A DNA stretch of 53,691 bases, filler included, from Bipalium vagum (lineage: Eukaryota): assembly GCA_037834085.1 (NCBI GenBank). It is 3 parts of 3 records of this genome, joined end to end, with 100 filler letters (N's around TTAATTAATTAA, not from the genome) between each part and the next. Parts side by side here need not be neighbours in the genome. Positions count along the whole stretch, not along the records: positions 1 to 16,844 come from JBBMKC010090747.1; 2 more parts are not named here. One strand, 5' to 3'. The stretch's first letter is position 1. Each line of letters starts with the position of its first letter. Position numbers and translations under genes: made by a program. This document shows positions 1 through 12,500 of the stretch, one piece after another. The notes under the pieces are model-generated. The model saw only the letters and a program-made list of their open reading frames with translations. It was not told the DNA's origin and did no database searches.

Positions 1-458
1 TTTACTTTCAGCAAGATGGTGCCACATCCCATACAAATAGGAAAACAAATGCATTATTACACGAAACTTTTCCATCTGGCATGATCTCAAGTTTCGGTGA
101 TGTTGATGGGCCTCCCAGATCTCCCGATTTGACGGCTCCAGACTATTTCTTATGGGGATATCTAAAAGATTAAGTTTTATTAATCAATCAAAAACTATTA
201 CACAACTCAAAAACAACATTTCGTAAAAAATCGCTATGATTTCAATTGACTTATGCCAAAATGTTATGCAAAATTCCATAAAAATAGCCCAAACTTGTAG
301 GGCTGCCAGAGACGTCATTTAATGACATCATATTTAAAATATAAATTTTTGTAATATCTGTGTTTAAATAAAGGTTTAAAAAAATTACTTGGCTTTTTAA
401 TTTTTATGTGCGGAGAAATAATGACTTAAAGTAGTAAAGCTTCTTTTGGAAGACCCTT
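1..458 (+). mobile_element. 3' part of a Tc1/mariner-superfamily transposon, DD41D (rosa/Visitor) type; pseudogenised
   Basis: Frame from 3 reads YFQQDGATSHT...GPPRSPDLTAPDYFLWGYLKD*, with 41 residues between the QD and PD aspartates. The TIR-like end ...GGAAGACCCTT is followed by TA at 459-460. Confidence 0.8.
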
Positions 459-537
459 TAGTACCCTGGTGAAAGGTCATCTTGAAACTCCTATACATAT
501 ACATGTATATGCTTATACGATTATATATAATATTCAG

Positions 538-3500
538 GTTGTGGAGGTCTCAGAATGGCATCTGAAGATAGTAAATTTATTTTGTCTCCAAATTATCCCC
601 ATGCTTATCAATTGCCCGATGGCGTTTGCGAGTGGTCCATTTTATCCAATGTTTCCAATCCAGGTTATTCGTTCCATGGACTTGTTCATTTAGTTGCAAA
701 TATTGTTTAGGTGAAAAGATATTCTTTTATTTCATGGGGTTCGAAGGAATTACGAGTGATCATACAAGAAATTGTTCTGCAAACGGAGACATTCTTCCTG
801 ATAATTCTCTCACTGTACTCGAAGGTATTGGAGAAACAACATCAATTAAAGCTGTACTCTGTTCGACCGTACCATACCATCCTATAGTATCATCAGGACA
901 TGGACTGAAAGTGGTTTTAAAATCAACATCTGGCCATGCAATTTTCAAAGCTTCTTATGGAACTGGAAGCTCATGTTTGTTTTTGCTTTTTGATAATAAT
1001 ATCATTAGTGAGTATATGTAGCCTGTGGTGGAGAATTCTTTCTGGATGACGGTCTCATAACAAGTCCATTTTATCCAAATGCAGTGAACATGGAGATAGA
1101 CTGTATCTATATCATTAGAAATAGTCCAGGGAGTGAAATAGATCTTAATTTTGAGTAAGATATCCTTTATTAACGTAACCTTAAATATTTTAAATATTTA
1201 AATATAAATATTCTATTAAATGTGAAACTTTATAATTATCATAATTTCAAATATTATTATTTCACATTAAATTATTTTAAAAAAAATTTTAGTGTAAGCT
1301 TTTAGGTTACACCTAAATTTACATTTGATTCATATAAATTTATTTTGTTTTAATATTATATAAAAGGTCATTAAATTTGAAATAATATAACGCTCAATAA
1401 TTAAAATGTTAATTTTTTTAAAAATTTATGCAAAATTTTCAATTTTTCTCCCTTTTATATATTTTTTAGTAGATTGAATTAAAACAAAAAAATGAAGATT
1501 AGGATTAGAAATAATTGTCTATGAATATATTAAATTTAAATTAATTAAAATTGAATAAATATTTTAAATTAATTTAATTTAATAAAACTATAATACTTAA
1601 ATTATATTTATTTAATTCAATAAATTTTTAATAGTTTAATGATAATAAATAATAATAATTTTTTATTTAAAATTTTTTTTTATTTTATTTATTTATTAAA
1701 TTAAATTATTATTATTTAATTAAATTTCAATAGTTTAATGATAATAAATAAAATAATTAAAATCAATAATTTTTTAATTAACGACTCTAAGTAACTTGAC
1801 TCAAAATAATTTCTTAGCCCATAAACTTAGAGAAACATCTGCCTGCTTTAGAAAACAAAGTTAACCACTCCAAGTTGACCTTTTATAAAACTATTAAAGA
1901 AGTGCATGTATTTATTAATGTATATTAATATATAAAACAAATATATAAACATTCCGCTAATTAAAATTACATAATGAAAGGAAAATCAATAAAAGTTTTG
2001 TTAAGTATATTCAAATTTGAAGTTGACAAAATCATTTATGTTGAATGTTTTTGTTCATCATAAATTTTTACGGAACACAATAACATAAAGGAAAATCTTT
2101 ATAATTTGAAAAGAAATTTATCAATAATCATTAAAAATTATTTATTTTCCTATTCATTTATGAATTGCTTAAATAATTTAGTAACATTTTTGAAAAATAT
2201 TTTTTAATTAAAAGTTAATTAGTTAATTAATTATTAAAACCAGAGAATTGGCAAGATTGAACGACCAGTATTATCTGTTACATGATTTCATTGATATCCG
2301 AAACGGACCCAATGAAACGAGTCCTCTTGTCGGAAGATTTTATACCTTATCATCATTGAGGAATATAACGAGCAGCGTGAAGTTCAATAATTCCGTTTGG
2401 ATACGATTAAGAAGTCAAGGAGGAGCTTACACAAACAATATTAAATTTTTGGCCAGATATCACATAAGTTTCGTTGCAAACATTCAATAATTGAAAATAA
2501 TAAAGATTTAGATTATATCAGTGATTTCCGAAGTGATCGAGGATCGATTGGTTCTCCACAGCTGGGCCATTTATATAACAAGGATGTGAGGCGAAGCTGG
2601 AGAATAGATGGAGAAACAACAAGTTCTTTGGAAATTACATTTGACCAATTTTCAGTTGGAAGAAAACTTGCGAATGACGAATGTGCGCGTGGAAGACTGA
2701 AAGTATAATATATAAAACTTTATATACATTATATTCCTGTTTTGATAAGTTACTATAAAAAAAGATTTTAATCAATAAATGATTTAAGTTTTTCACAGTT
2801 TTATAACTCTAAATTAGTATTTAGCTTTAACATTGTGTTTATTGCTAATATGAAGTTATTTCCTGACCATGATTTGTATTCTTGTGCAGTAAAAGGGAAT
2901 TTATAAACAAATCAAATGATCACCACTCAATATTTGAGATTTTCAATTTTTAATTTCCAAAATTATTGAAGACTAAATTCGGATTGGCCCGTTTTGTTTT
3001 AACAGACTAATTATAATTATTTTAAAAGTTTATTTATTTTTTTGAAAAAGTTATTAATTTTTGTCTAAATAATTTATTACCAAGACAACAGTCTTCTTCA
3101 ATTTTTTACAAATCGTATGTGAGTAGAATGTGAATAAAATATTTCTAATTTCAAAATTATAATAAGCTCATCATATCCAAAAATACAATCCATAAATATC
3201 CATTAAACAGTTTAGAATATGACCTTAATATATGACCTTAACAATTCTAAATAGTTCGTTTAAACAAAACATGACCAGACCGAATTTCAACTTAAAAACT
3301 TATTATTTATTACTATTTACCGTATAATTTTAGTGTTCTTCCTATGACAATATCTCCTAATAAGTATGATTTGTTGAGTGTATTTATGTAAAAATAATCC
3401 TAAATTATTTTACTTTGAATTTTTTTAATTCTTTGGGATTTAGTGTAAAAATTTGAATTTAGAATTTATTCGTTTAATATACTTTTATATGTATTTTAAT

Positions 3501-6500
3501 AATTATTGCTCAAAAGAAAATAAAATTCAGGTTTATCGATTATAAAAAATGTTATAAGTAAAAATTTTCAAAGATAAAGATTAGAAGAAGATTCGTTAAG
3601 ACAAAAATGTTACGGTAATAATATTTAATTGTTTAAATTTATTTTCCAGATTACGGATTCTAATAATATCGTGAAGGAGTTCTGTGGAAATTCGATACCC
3701 CAAACAGAAACATTTTCCAGTCCCTTGTTGATAGAGTTGATTGCAGAAGGCTACAGGTATCCGGGATTTCTTCTTCGTTGGTCCATTCCCAGAAATGAAA
3801 CTCATAGAAATATTGGTAAATATTGTTTAGTCTTTCGTTCTACAGTCGAGATTTGCCACGTTACGTAAGTACATCGAAACCTCCCTATAAAGTATACCCA
3901 GCATAAATTACATTTCAATAAGAAGTACAATGTTACATTTTTCTATAATGAAATGGAAATATCACCTATTTACCGATTAAAGTCAATTATATAGAGTACA
4001 GCATATAAAGTAAATACTGTATAAAAAATTGTATTACTATATTGCTTGGAACATTTGTCAAATATTCACATTCATAAATTTCCACTTTTTAAATAATTAG
4101 AGATTTCTTTTAAAATATTTTGGTTTTAAAATTAATAATTTTCATGCAAATTATGAGAAAATTGCGACATTTGATAAAAAAAAGAAAGAGACTATGTGGA
4201 TTAATGTGGGCCTCAAGAAGATAATAAAATGCTTGGGCAAGACATGAGCATCCGCAAAATAACTGATGAAAATAAAGTTATTAGTTAAGGAAGAGTTCAA
4301 AATGCAAAAAAACATAATATAATCAATCCACTGCATTCGAACAAATCAATGAGAACTTATCGAGTATAGAAAATAAATAAAAAAGAATAAAGGAAATCGA
4401 AATTAATATTATATTGCACAGGTGGTTTTCAATAGCAAGAAGTCAGGGTTTATCGGTATCAAGCCAATTAAACATGAAAAGACTAAAAATATTGAAAAAC
4501 AGTTTCAAATTCCGATAATTAATTTCAGTGCATCGTCTGTCTGGTTGCAGAAATTTTTAAAGGGTAATAATATTTCTGAATATACGATATCAGATGGTCT
4601 GCAGAAGTAGATATCAGTACAATTCAAAGGTGAAAAGAAAATTTCAATTTTATAATTGAGGACTATGAATTAAAAAATATATTCAATGCTGACGACAGAG
4701 GCTATTTTTTCAAAATTTTGCCAGATGAAATTATTTCCGGTAAAATTAATAATAATTCCAAAGCTGAAATAATTTCAAATGGTGAAGCACTACAAATGAC
4801 TCAAAAACTAATGAGTTATTTGAAGAAAATCTTTTTGTTCAAAAGAACTGGATTTATTAAAACTTTGCCATAAAATTAAAAAGCAAAAGAAAAATCAATC
4901 GACAAAGTGACCGCTGGATCTGACAATATGTTTCTGATGTTCCTACGACCATGCATTCAAAGTCTCCAGCATGTGTCATGATATTTTGTGTCATATCTAG
5001 TGAAGGTGACATTATGTCCCTCACTTTTTCGACCAAGGGCTTAAATTAAAAGCAGATAAATATATATTGAATACGGTTGTCAAACCCTGGATGGGAAAAA
5101 ATATTTCTTCAAACAAGACTATGGCTATATGAAAATTTAATTTACCATTGCTTACCCGATTTGTGACCTTTTTCCAGCCCCTGTTGCAAAAACCTTGATT
5201 ATTATCTATGGGGTGTAATTGAGGCAGAAGTCAATTCAAAGGGTCATCTCAATATCAAGTCATTGCGGGACGCTATGAAAAAGGTAATGGCACATTTGTA
5301 TACGGAAGAGGTAAAACAAGCACAGGTTTCGGTCTAGACTAGAAGAAGTTGCTGCAGCTAATGGAGGTCACTTTGAATAATATTATTATGTAAACTTTCA
5401 TATAGTTGTTAAACAATTTTTATTTAAATATGTTTATTAAATCTCTCTGAGGTACATTATTTTATTGTCTGTCAAAAGAGGAATTTGATAATTGGTTATC
5501 AATTGATAATTAAGTCCGAATCGCAGCAACAATGACAGCATCAAACATTTGTCAATCTGTTATACATTCCAATATATATCAAAATACAATGAAGATAAAT
5601 TTGAAAAAGAAAAAATTTTAGAAACTCCACAAACGATTCTCAAATGCACAAAGTTTTAAAAGTCTTTGTCCTGGTGTTCAACTTGCAGAAACATTATGAA
5701 TCTGAACAATTTATTAGAGAATTACTGAACGCAAAGAAACGCCAAAAAAACCCTAATCGAATATTTCAAATAAAATATTGTTTTTATAAAATGTGACTTT
5801 AAGAAAAGGTAATAAATTTTAAATAAGATTGTTACATTGGTTGATATAATAAAATTAATAAAAGTAGATAGATATGATAATTTTTCGGTTAATGTTATCA
5901 AAAGTAGTAGATCCCATCGTAATCATATTAAGCGGATCCTACTATATATTTTTAATAAAAATAATAATATTATTAAATTATTATTAGTTATTATTAATAA
6001 CTCGTTTCAGGTAATTGCAAATTCGTCCTTACAGCAACAACGCAGCTTCAATTTTTAACTTCTCCAAATTATCCATACTTTGATCCAATCAATACTAATT
6101 GTGAATGGACAATAATGACACCATATAGTAATACATTGGAAATTAAAATGCTCAATTTTTCCCTGGAGGACTCTGCTGATTGTAAATTTGAAAATTTTAC
6201 AGTCTTCTTCATTGGCAGAAGAGCTCCAAGCTGTAATTAGTTAATAATTATTATTATAATTATAAAAACTTCTTATTAAAAGAATAACCATTAATTATTT
6301 ATTTAACAAAAATAATGATAATAATAATTTCTCACCAGCCCCATGGGTTCTGTTGAATTCATAAACATAAATTGCTCTTAGATTTATTTTTATCCATATC
6401 TGAATATTTTATTGAAACTGTTTTAATATTTAAAAAAATGATAAACTTTTACTGAAATATAATATTATTTTAAATATTTTTTATTTCAATTAATAAAGTT

Positions 6501-9500
6501 TATTTGGATTTAATTTTTTTGGGTTTAAAGGTTTTCTAGTTGTCTTTCTGAACCTCCCGTTTTCCTTCCTATAAAATCTTACCCATATCATGTACGCGCG
6601 CGCTTATTGCTTGCTGGATAACACCTACTCTTTTGGTAAGTTGATTTTGCAATTGACAGGCATCTTCGTCTAATAAATTTTGTAAATCGTGGTTTTCAAT
6701 ATTTTAGGGACGACCTGAGCGTTCTTTTTCCTTTACACTGAAATCATTACTTCTAAACCGATGCTCGCATTTGTCCTGAGATACTACATGTTTTCCATAT
6801 ACATCCCATAATATCCAGCAGATTTCTGTGCCAGTTTTGTTCATTATGAAGTAATAAATGAGAACTTCTTGCAAGTGTTCTTTGCTTGGCTTAAATGTTG
6901 ACATTTAGATTTTTAAATTTTTAAATTATTAACATGAAAATTTAAATGATTATCCCATTAATTAGATATTATTCAAATAAATTGATTTATATTTTTCGAT
7001 ATCTCACTAAATCTATTTTAAATAAATCTGCATTATTTATTTGTACCCCTTATAGTAGTATATTATTTTGTAAAAGGAGATTTCTTATTATCTAAGTTTA
7101 TCTATAATATAAAGTAAATTTTTAATTATTTATTAAATTCATTTATTAAAATATTAATTATAATTTTTATAAATTAATTATATATTATTCCTTCAGACGT
7201 CTACCCTGAAATAATTCGAGATACAATCTGTGGTTTTCAAAACGTTTCCAGATTTAACTTTTTAGATAATTATTATTTTAATAAAATTAAAATAAGATTC
7301 AAAGTGGATCAGTATGATATTTTCCCCGGATTTAAGTTATCCTATAAACTAAGTTATTGATTTTTTTACCGTTTAACCTTTCCATCTGCTCATTCATTTT
7401 ATTAAGGGTGCTTTAAATACATATGGGATACGACCGAGGGTTGGATTCAAAATGATGAATATCCCAATGCCATTTCAGGCTTTAAAAATTGTACCTATTT
7501 GCTGAGAATGAGAGCAGCGAGATTCTTCATATTAAATTTCACCAAAATAAGCCTACCACCGAAAATCAATAATGTTTGCAACGATGGTTACCTAGAAGTA
7601 GATTTTTTATTTATCATTTTCCATAAAATCTTTTATACGTTATTAATTTATTTTCATAAAATACTGTTTGTTTTAAATTTCTTGGTACCTATATATATAC
7701 AGCTACTAAATATTAGTTTTGATCACTTGTATTAATAATAATTTTTTTAAAATTCGTGTAATATATTATTAAAGATTTCTCGATTTTCATGTCACATTGT
7801 CAATGACAACTAATTTATGAACTCTTAATATTGCATATTTTCTTGAATATTTCATTTATTTAATATCAATTTCAATACAATTTTCGTTTGATTGATTTGA
7901 TTAGAATTTACGAAAACATATATATTTATATATTTGTTTGGGTAGTCATAATAAAAAAGAAACTTCATAAAAACACTTATATTTTCAGTGTCAACTAACT
8001 TTTGAGCGCTATTGTATATATATATATATATATATGTAGAATATTTATTTACATATAGAATATTCTGCGCACAAAAAATCATTTTATATTTGATAAAAAA
8101 TGCTTGCAATGCGAATATATAACCAAATTTTCGATGAGCACCATATCCCTCTCTAAGCTTGTTATTTAATTTCTGTCATATTGATTGAATGGTAATGGTG
8201 AATGTAAAAGTTATTTGATCAATAAAATATTCATTGTAGTTAACAGTTGCACGACCATGTCTGCCTGTTAAATGTGAAATTTCAGCATCATAAGCTCCAA
8301 AGATCGGAATGAATTATAATCCCAGGATTAATATGATAAACAATGCATTACAGCAAACATTTTACAGAAGTATCTTTAACAATAACAAAAAAATGTATGA
8401 AATACGTTCTGCTTCATAAGTTATCTACTGCTCCTTAACTAGGTGATCGAGATTATTTTTTCGACCAACCACCCGGCACTCATCTTTTTCAACAATTAAA
8501 CCAGGTCAACCAATTTTATCATATATTTGAATATCTTTAAAAAAAATTTGCTTATCATAGTAAACCATATAATCAATAAGGTAGAAGTTAAATAACAACC
8601 ATAGAGAAGGAAATGGTACTCATCATCATATATATCTTTATTCGTGTATTTACGTTCCAAATTCCAAAAATGTTAAAACCTTTGGTTTTTTATATTGTAA
8701 ACAATTTATATATTAAAAATTGGCGTAGGGTATTCTATATAAGTGCCCATTTATTTTCTACATTCGATAAATTTGTGATTTCTTTTGTTTTGAAAATATC
8801 TTTATTTAAACGAACCATTATATTTTAAAATGTATAATATTATAGGGAAGTTTTTTCATACAAGCTCAAAACTATTTCGAAACATTTATGCAATTTTTAA
8901 ATCCTCGTTTTAGAATTAATATATTTAAAATTTTAACCAATCAAATATAAGATGAAATAAAATTTTTTTTTAAATAAATAATAATAATATAATAAAAATT
9001 CTTCCTTTTTTAATATCCACAAAGACCAAACAATATTCATTGAGAATTAGAATAAAGTGTTTTAAAAATGTTATTTGTTAAAACTCGAGACTGTATCAGC
9101 TAATGCCATCAGAACTGACCTAAAAATCAGAACTTGGCATCATTGAAGTAAGCATGGAAAGTCATTTATAGGGTTATGTAAATACCATGATATCGGCGAT
9201 CAACAAAAAACTTTGCAAAGGTCGAACATTTATTTTGTGGCCTTCATTAGATCATTAATAAATCATTTATTGAAGACAATTATCTCTGCCAATTTAGAGA
9301 CGCCAGTAAAATACATTAGCATGTATTAAGTGTCAGAAAACCTCGGAGGTCTAGATTTTGTAAATATCAAAGACTTGGCTAGTGGAACATACCTGTCAGA
9401 AATTAGAAGAAAAACTATTTTAGATTATGGATTGGCTGGTTCATTCTCATATAAAAGATTTTTACATTGATCTGTCCAATTCTCAAGAAAAATTAAATAA

Positions 9501-12500
9501 TAATTTTATATAATCCATACAAGATTTTCCGTAATCTTCTATGGCTCCTTTTCATATAATTGGTAGATCCGTAATCCCTTTTTAATGGACATTTTAAAAT
9601 GTCTAGCTAATTTTTTTTTATTTTGAGCTTTTTAAATAAACTGTAAATACATGTTTGAAGAACATTTGCATAACACGTGGTATGGCGTTGGTGAGCGGCA
9701 GAATAAGTTTATGCCTTTTTTCTAAAAAAAGGCTGTTTAACATCGCTCCGCTCATTATTTAACGCTCCCAACAGTAAGATTCCGTTATAATAATGTTTTC
9801 AGGCTTGAAAAATGAATTGTGAATAAATGTTTCGCCATCATAAACTTACCATAATTTTGACAGAGTTAATGTGTGCTTTTGCAAGGGTCCTTGACACTCA
9901 AGATCTCACGAACTATTGTCTTTTTCTTTTGTGATTCTCATAAAAGATCGTTTTTTCATCGCTAGTGTCACCTCTAATTTTCATTAGTTATGTGTTTAGT
10001 TCAATTCATAGAGATTCAATACGTTAAACTTCTTAACATATTCAATCTTTTTAATTTTATAACATGCGCTTGCTAAGATTACCTGAAACTTTAGCACAAA
10101 ACACAAGAGAGTAATCAATGGTTCAGTTTTCACTTCCACCTGCAGAACCTCTTCATTAATTATAAAAAGCGGTTTTCTAGGAGTTGATCCTTTCCTATTA
10201 AAATCTATTTTGAATAATTTTCAAAGCCATCGTCTTATTGTTCGTTTGCAGAGTTATCTCATCAAAATCTTTCATTGATTCTTTGATTGTTTTCGTTTCA
10301 TCAGGACTTTTTTGAAATGAAAAATAACCCGAATATCTTGTTTAGATAATGTTTTTATATGAAAAACAAGGTAAGGTTGACTTATCACATGATGATGTCA
10401 TAAACAAATTAAAAAATAAGATTTCAAATAATCACGTGAAAGAAATCAAATAAACAAGTGCTTTTAACAATGATATCAGTTGCCAACTTTTTAATAAGTC
10501 GAACATTTTTAATGGAAAAAATTGTTATCCTTGTTATTAATGTTTAATGCTTTTTCTCATAAAATGTTTCAGTACAATGCTTAATATTTTTATATGATTA
10601 ATAAAAATTTTTTTATTAAAATAGCTCTCTTTTCGACAATATAAAGGACAATATTGTGGTACGGATGTACCGTCAAATCTTACATCATTGTTTACCAATA
10701 GTTCTAAAGTTGTAATAAAATTGGTCGGAAATTTTACAACTTCCTCACCATTCAGTGGTTTTCAATTAAAATATAGTCTGGAAGACGTTGAAGAATGTGG
10801 AGGTAGTCATTATCTAGCACATCCAGATGATTACTTGGTAATAACCAATCCGAGAAACAAGAGTATTTTCTCTCCTCAGTTCATTGAATGCCAGTGGATC
10901 ATAAGATCAACTTATGGATCTCGATTTCAGATTGACTTCGAAGAAGTTTTTATTAGTGGGTAGGAATCTTTATTCATAATTCCGCTTTGATATCAATCAT
11001 CATTCAGTAACTGTGTTCGCAGTTACTTAGCTTTTTATGATGGATCTACGATCCTGTCTCCGAAAATTGGTGGTTCTAATTATTGCACTAAAAAGAGTAG
11101 TATTTTCTCGTCCGGGAATACCCTGCTTGTAATATTTAGAAACATTAACCGCGGTGTAAAATTTCAAATTAGAATAAAAAAGAGTAAGTAATAAAGTTTC
11201 TGTTGGATAAAAAATATTTTGTTAAATGTAATAATTTTTTTATTTTCAAAATCATTTTACACTTCAACTTGGTTCAAATATAATTATAATTATAATAATA
11301 AATTAAGTATTATTAGTAAATTATAATGTTACGGGCTTATGCAGAAATATATAGAAAAATATTCAAAATATATAGAAAACTATTCGATTGTTTATATTTG
11401 AATTCGATCGAGTCTTAGTCAGTTAAAGTACTGTCTCAAGAATCTGTTTATTTATTAAATCAAATTTGTAGGCATATTAAGGTTCGAAATCAAAGACGGA
11501 TCTTTCTATGGAGGCAGATTTACGGACTGTGACTGTTTTATTAGTGACAAGCTATGCAATCATTTCGATCAAAATCCTGGGGATGTATTGATGATGGACA
11601 ATTGCAGGTTCCATCACCGCAAAGATGTTATGAAGTTGATTAAAGATTTCTACCACCATGCTCACCTCAACTAAACCAATTGAAGAGTTTTTCAGCAGCT
11701 TGTAAGTCGCAAATATCATCCTTTGTGAGATCAGAAAGATTTAAAAGAGTTGATTACACAAGTACTCATGCATGACGATATCGATTCAAGTGGTTATTTT
11801 CGCAACATGAGGCGGTTTATAGAAAAAACCTTGACGAGACAAGAATCTATTTGGTGTACATTTCCACTCTTGTAATTGTTATGAAATTTTTTCCTATATT
11901 TTTCTGCATAACTCTGTATTACAATATTTAATCAAATTAAATAAATATTTTGTTTTAATAATGATTTATTTTGATAATAACCATTATTTGAATGAATGTT
12001 TTAAAATTAAAATCACGTTAAATCATATTTAATGAATTATTGTCAATATGTTTATCTTAAAGAATTGTTAAATAATTGGTTAAATAATATTTTCTTTTTT
12101 CAAGCCTAAATTTCTTCAAAAAAAATATTTCAATTTCTGACCAATAAAAATTTATTAAATTTGAACAGTAAATATTGCTAATACTTATACTAACCGAAAA
12201 TGCAAAAACCCAAAGAATTTACGAATAGATTGTATTGTTACCCAACTAACCATCCAATAAAGTTCAATTGGTCCCACTACCACAATATAAGGTATGCAAA
12301 AGAGTAATTATGGTATTTAACCATATACTTCAAAACTTCATAACGTTATTAAACAAAATAATTTTCATCTGAATTAACAAATTTTTCCCATGTATTAACA
12401 AGTTTTATATATACCAGTACGATAAAGATCTGAATTCTGAGAACCAAAAAAGTTTACAATATCGTTTTTTAATGAGTCATCAGAATTACAGATTTTATTT

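Noticed and set aside
3846-3864. Extra micro-exon (TCGAGATTTGCCACGTTAC|GTAAGT) in the CUB gene
   Set aside because: It ends in phase 2 while the exon at 6011 needs phase 1; the direct 3815-6011 join is already in frame.
9080-9420. Non-LTR retrotransposon remnant (LGGLD...YLS); similar NGGLG at about 12620
   Set aside because: Each rests on one short motif, too little to call.
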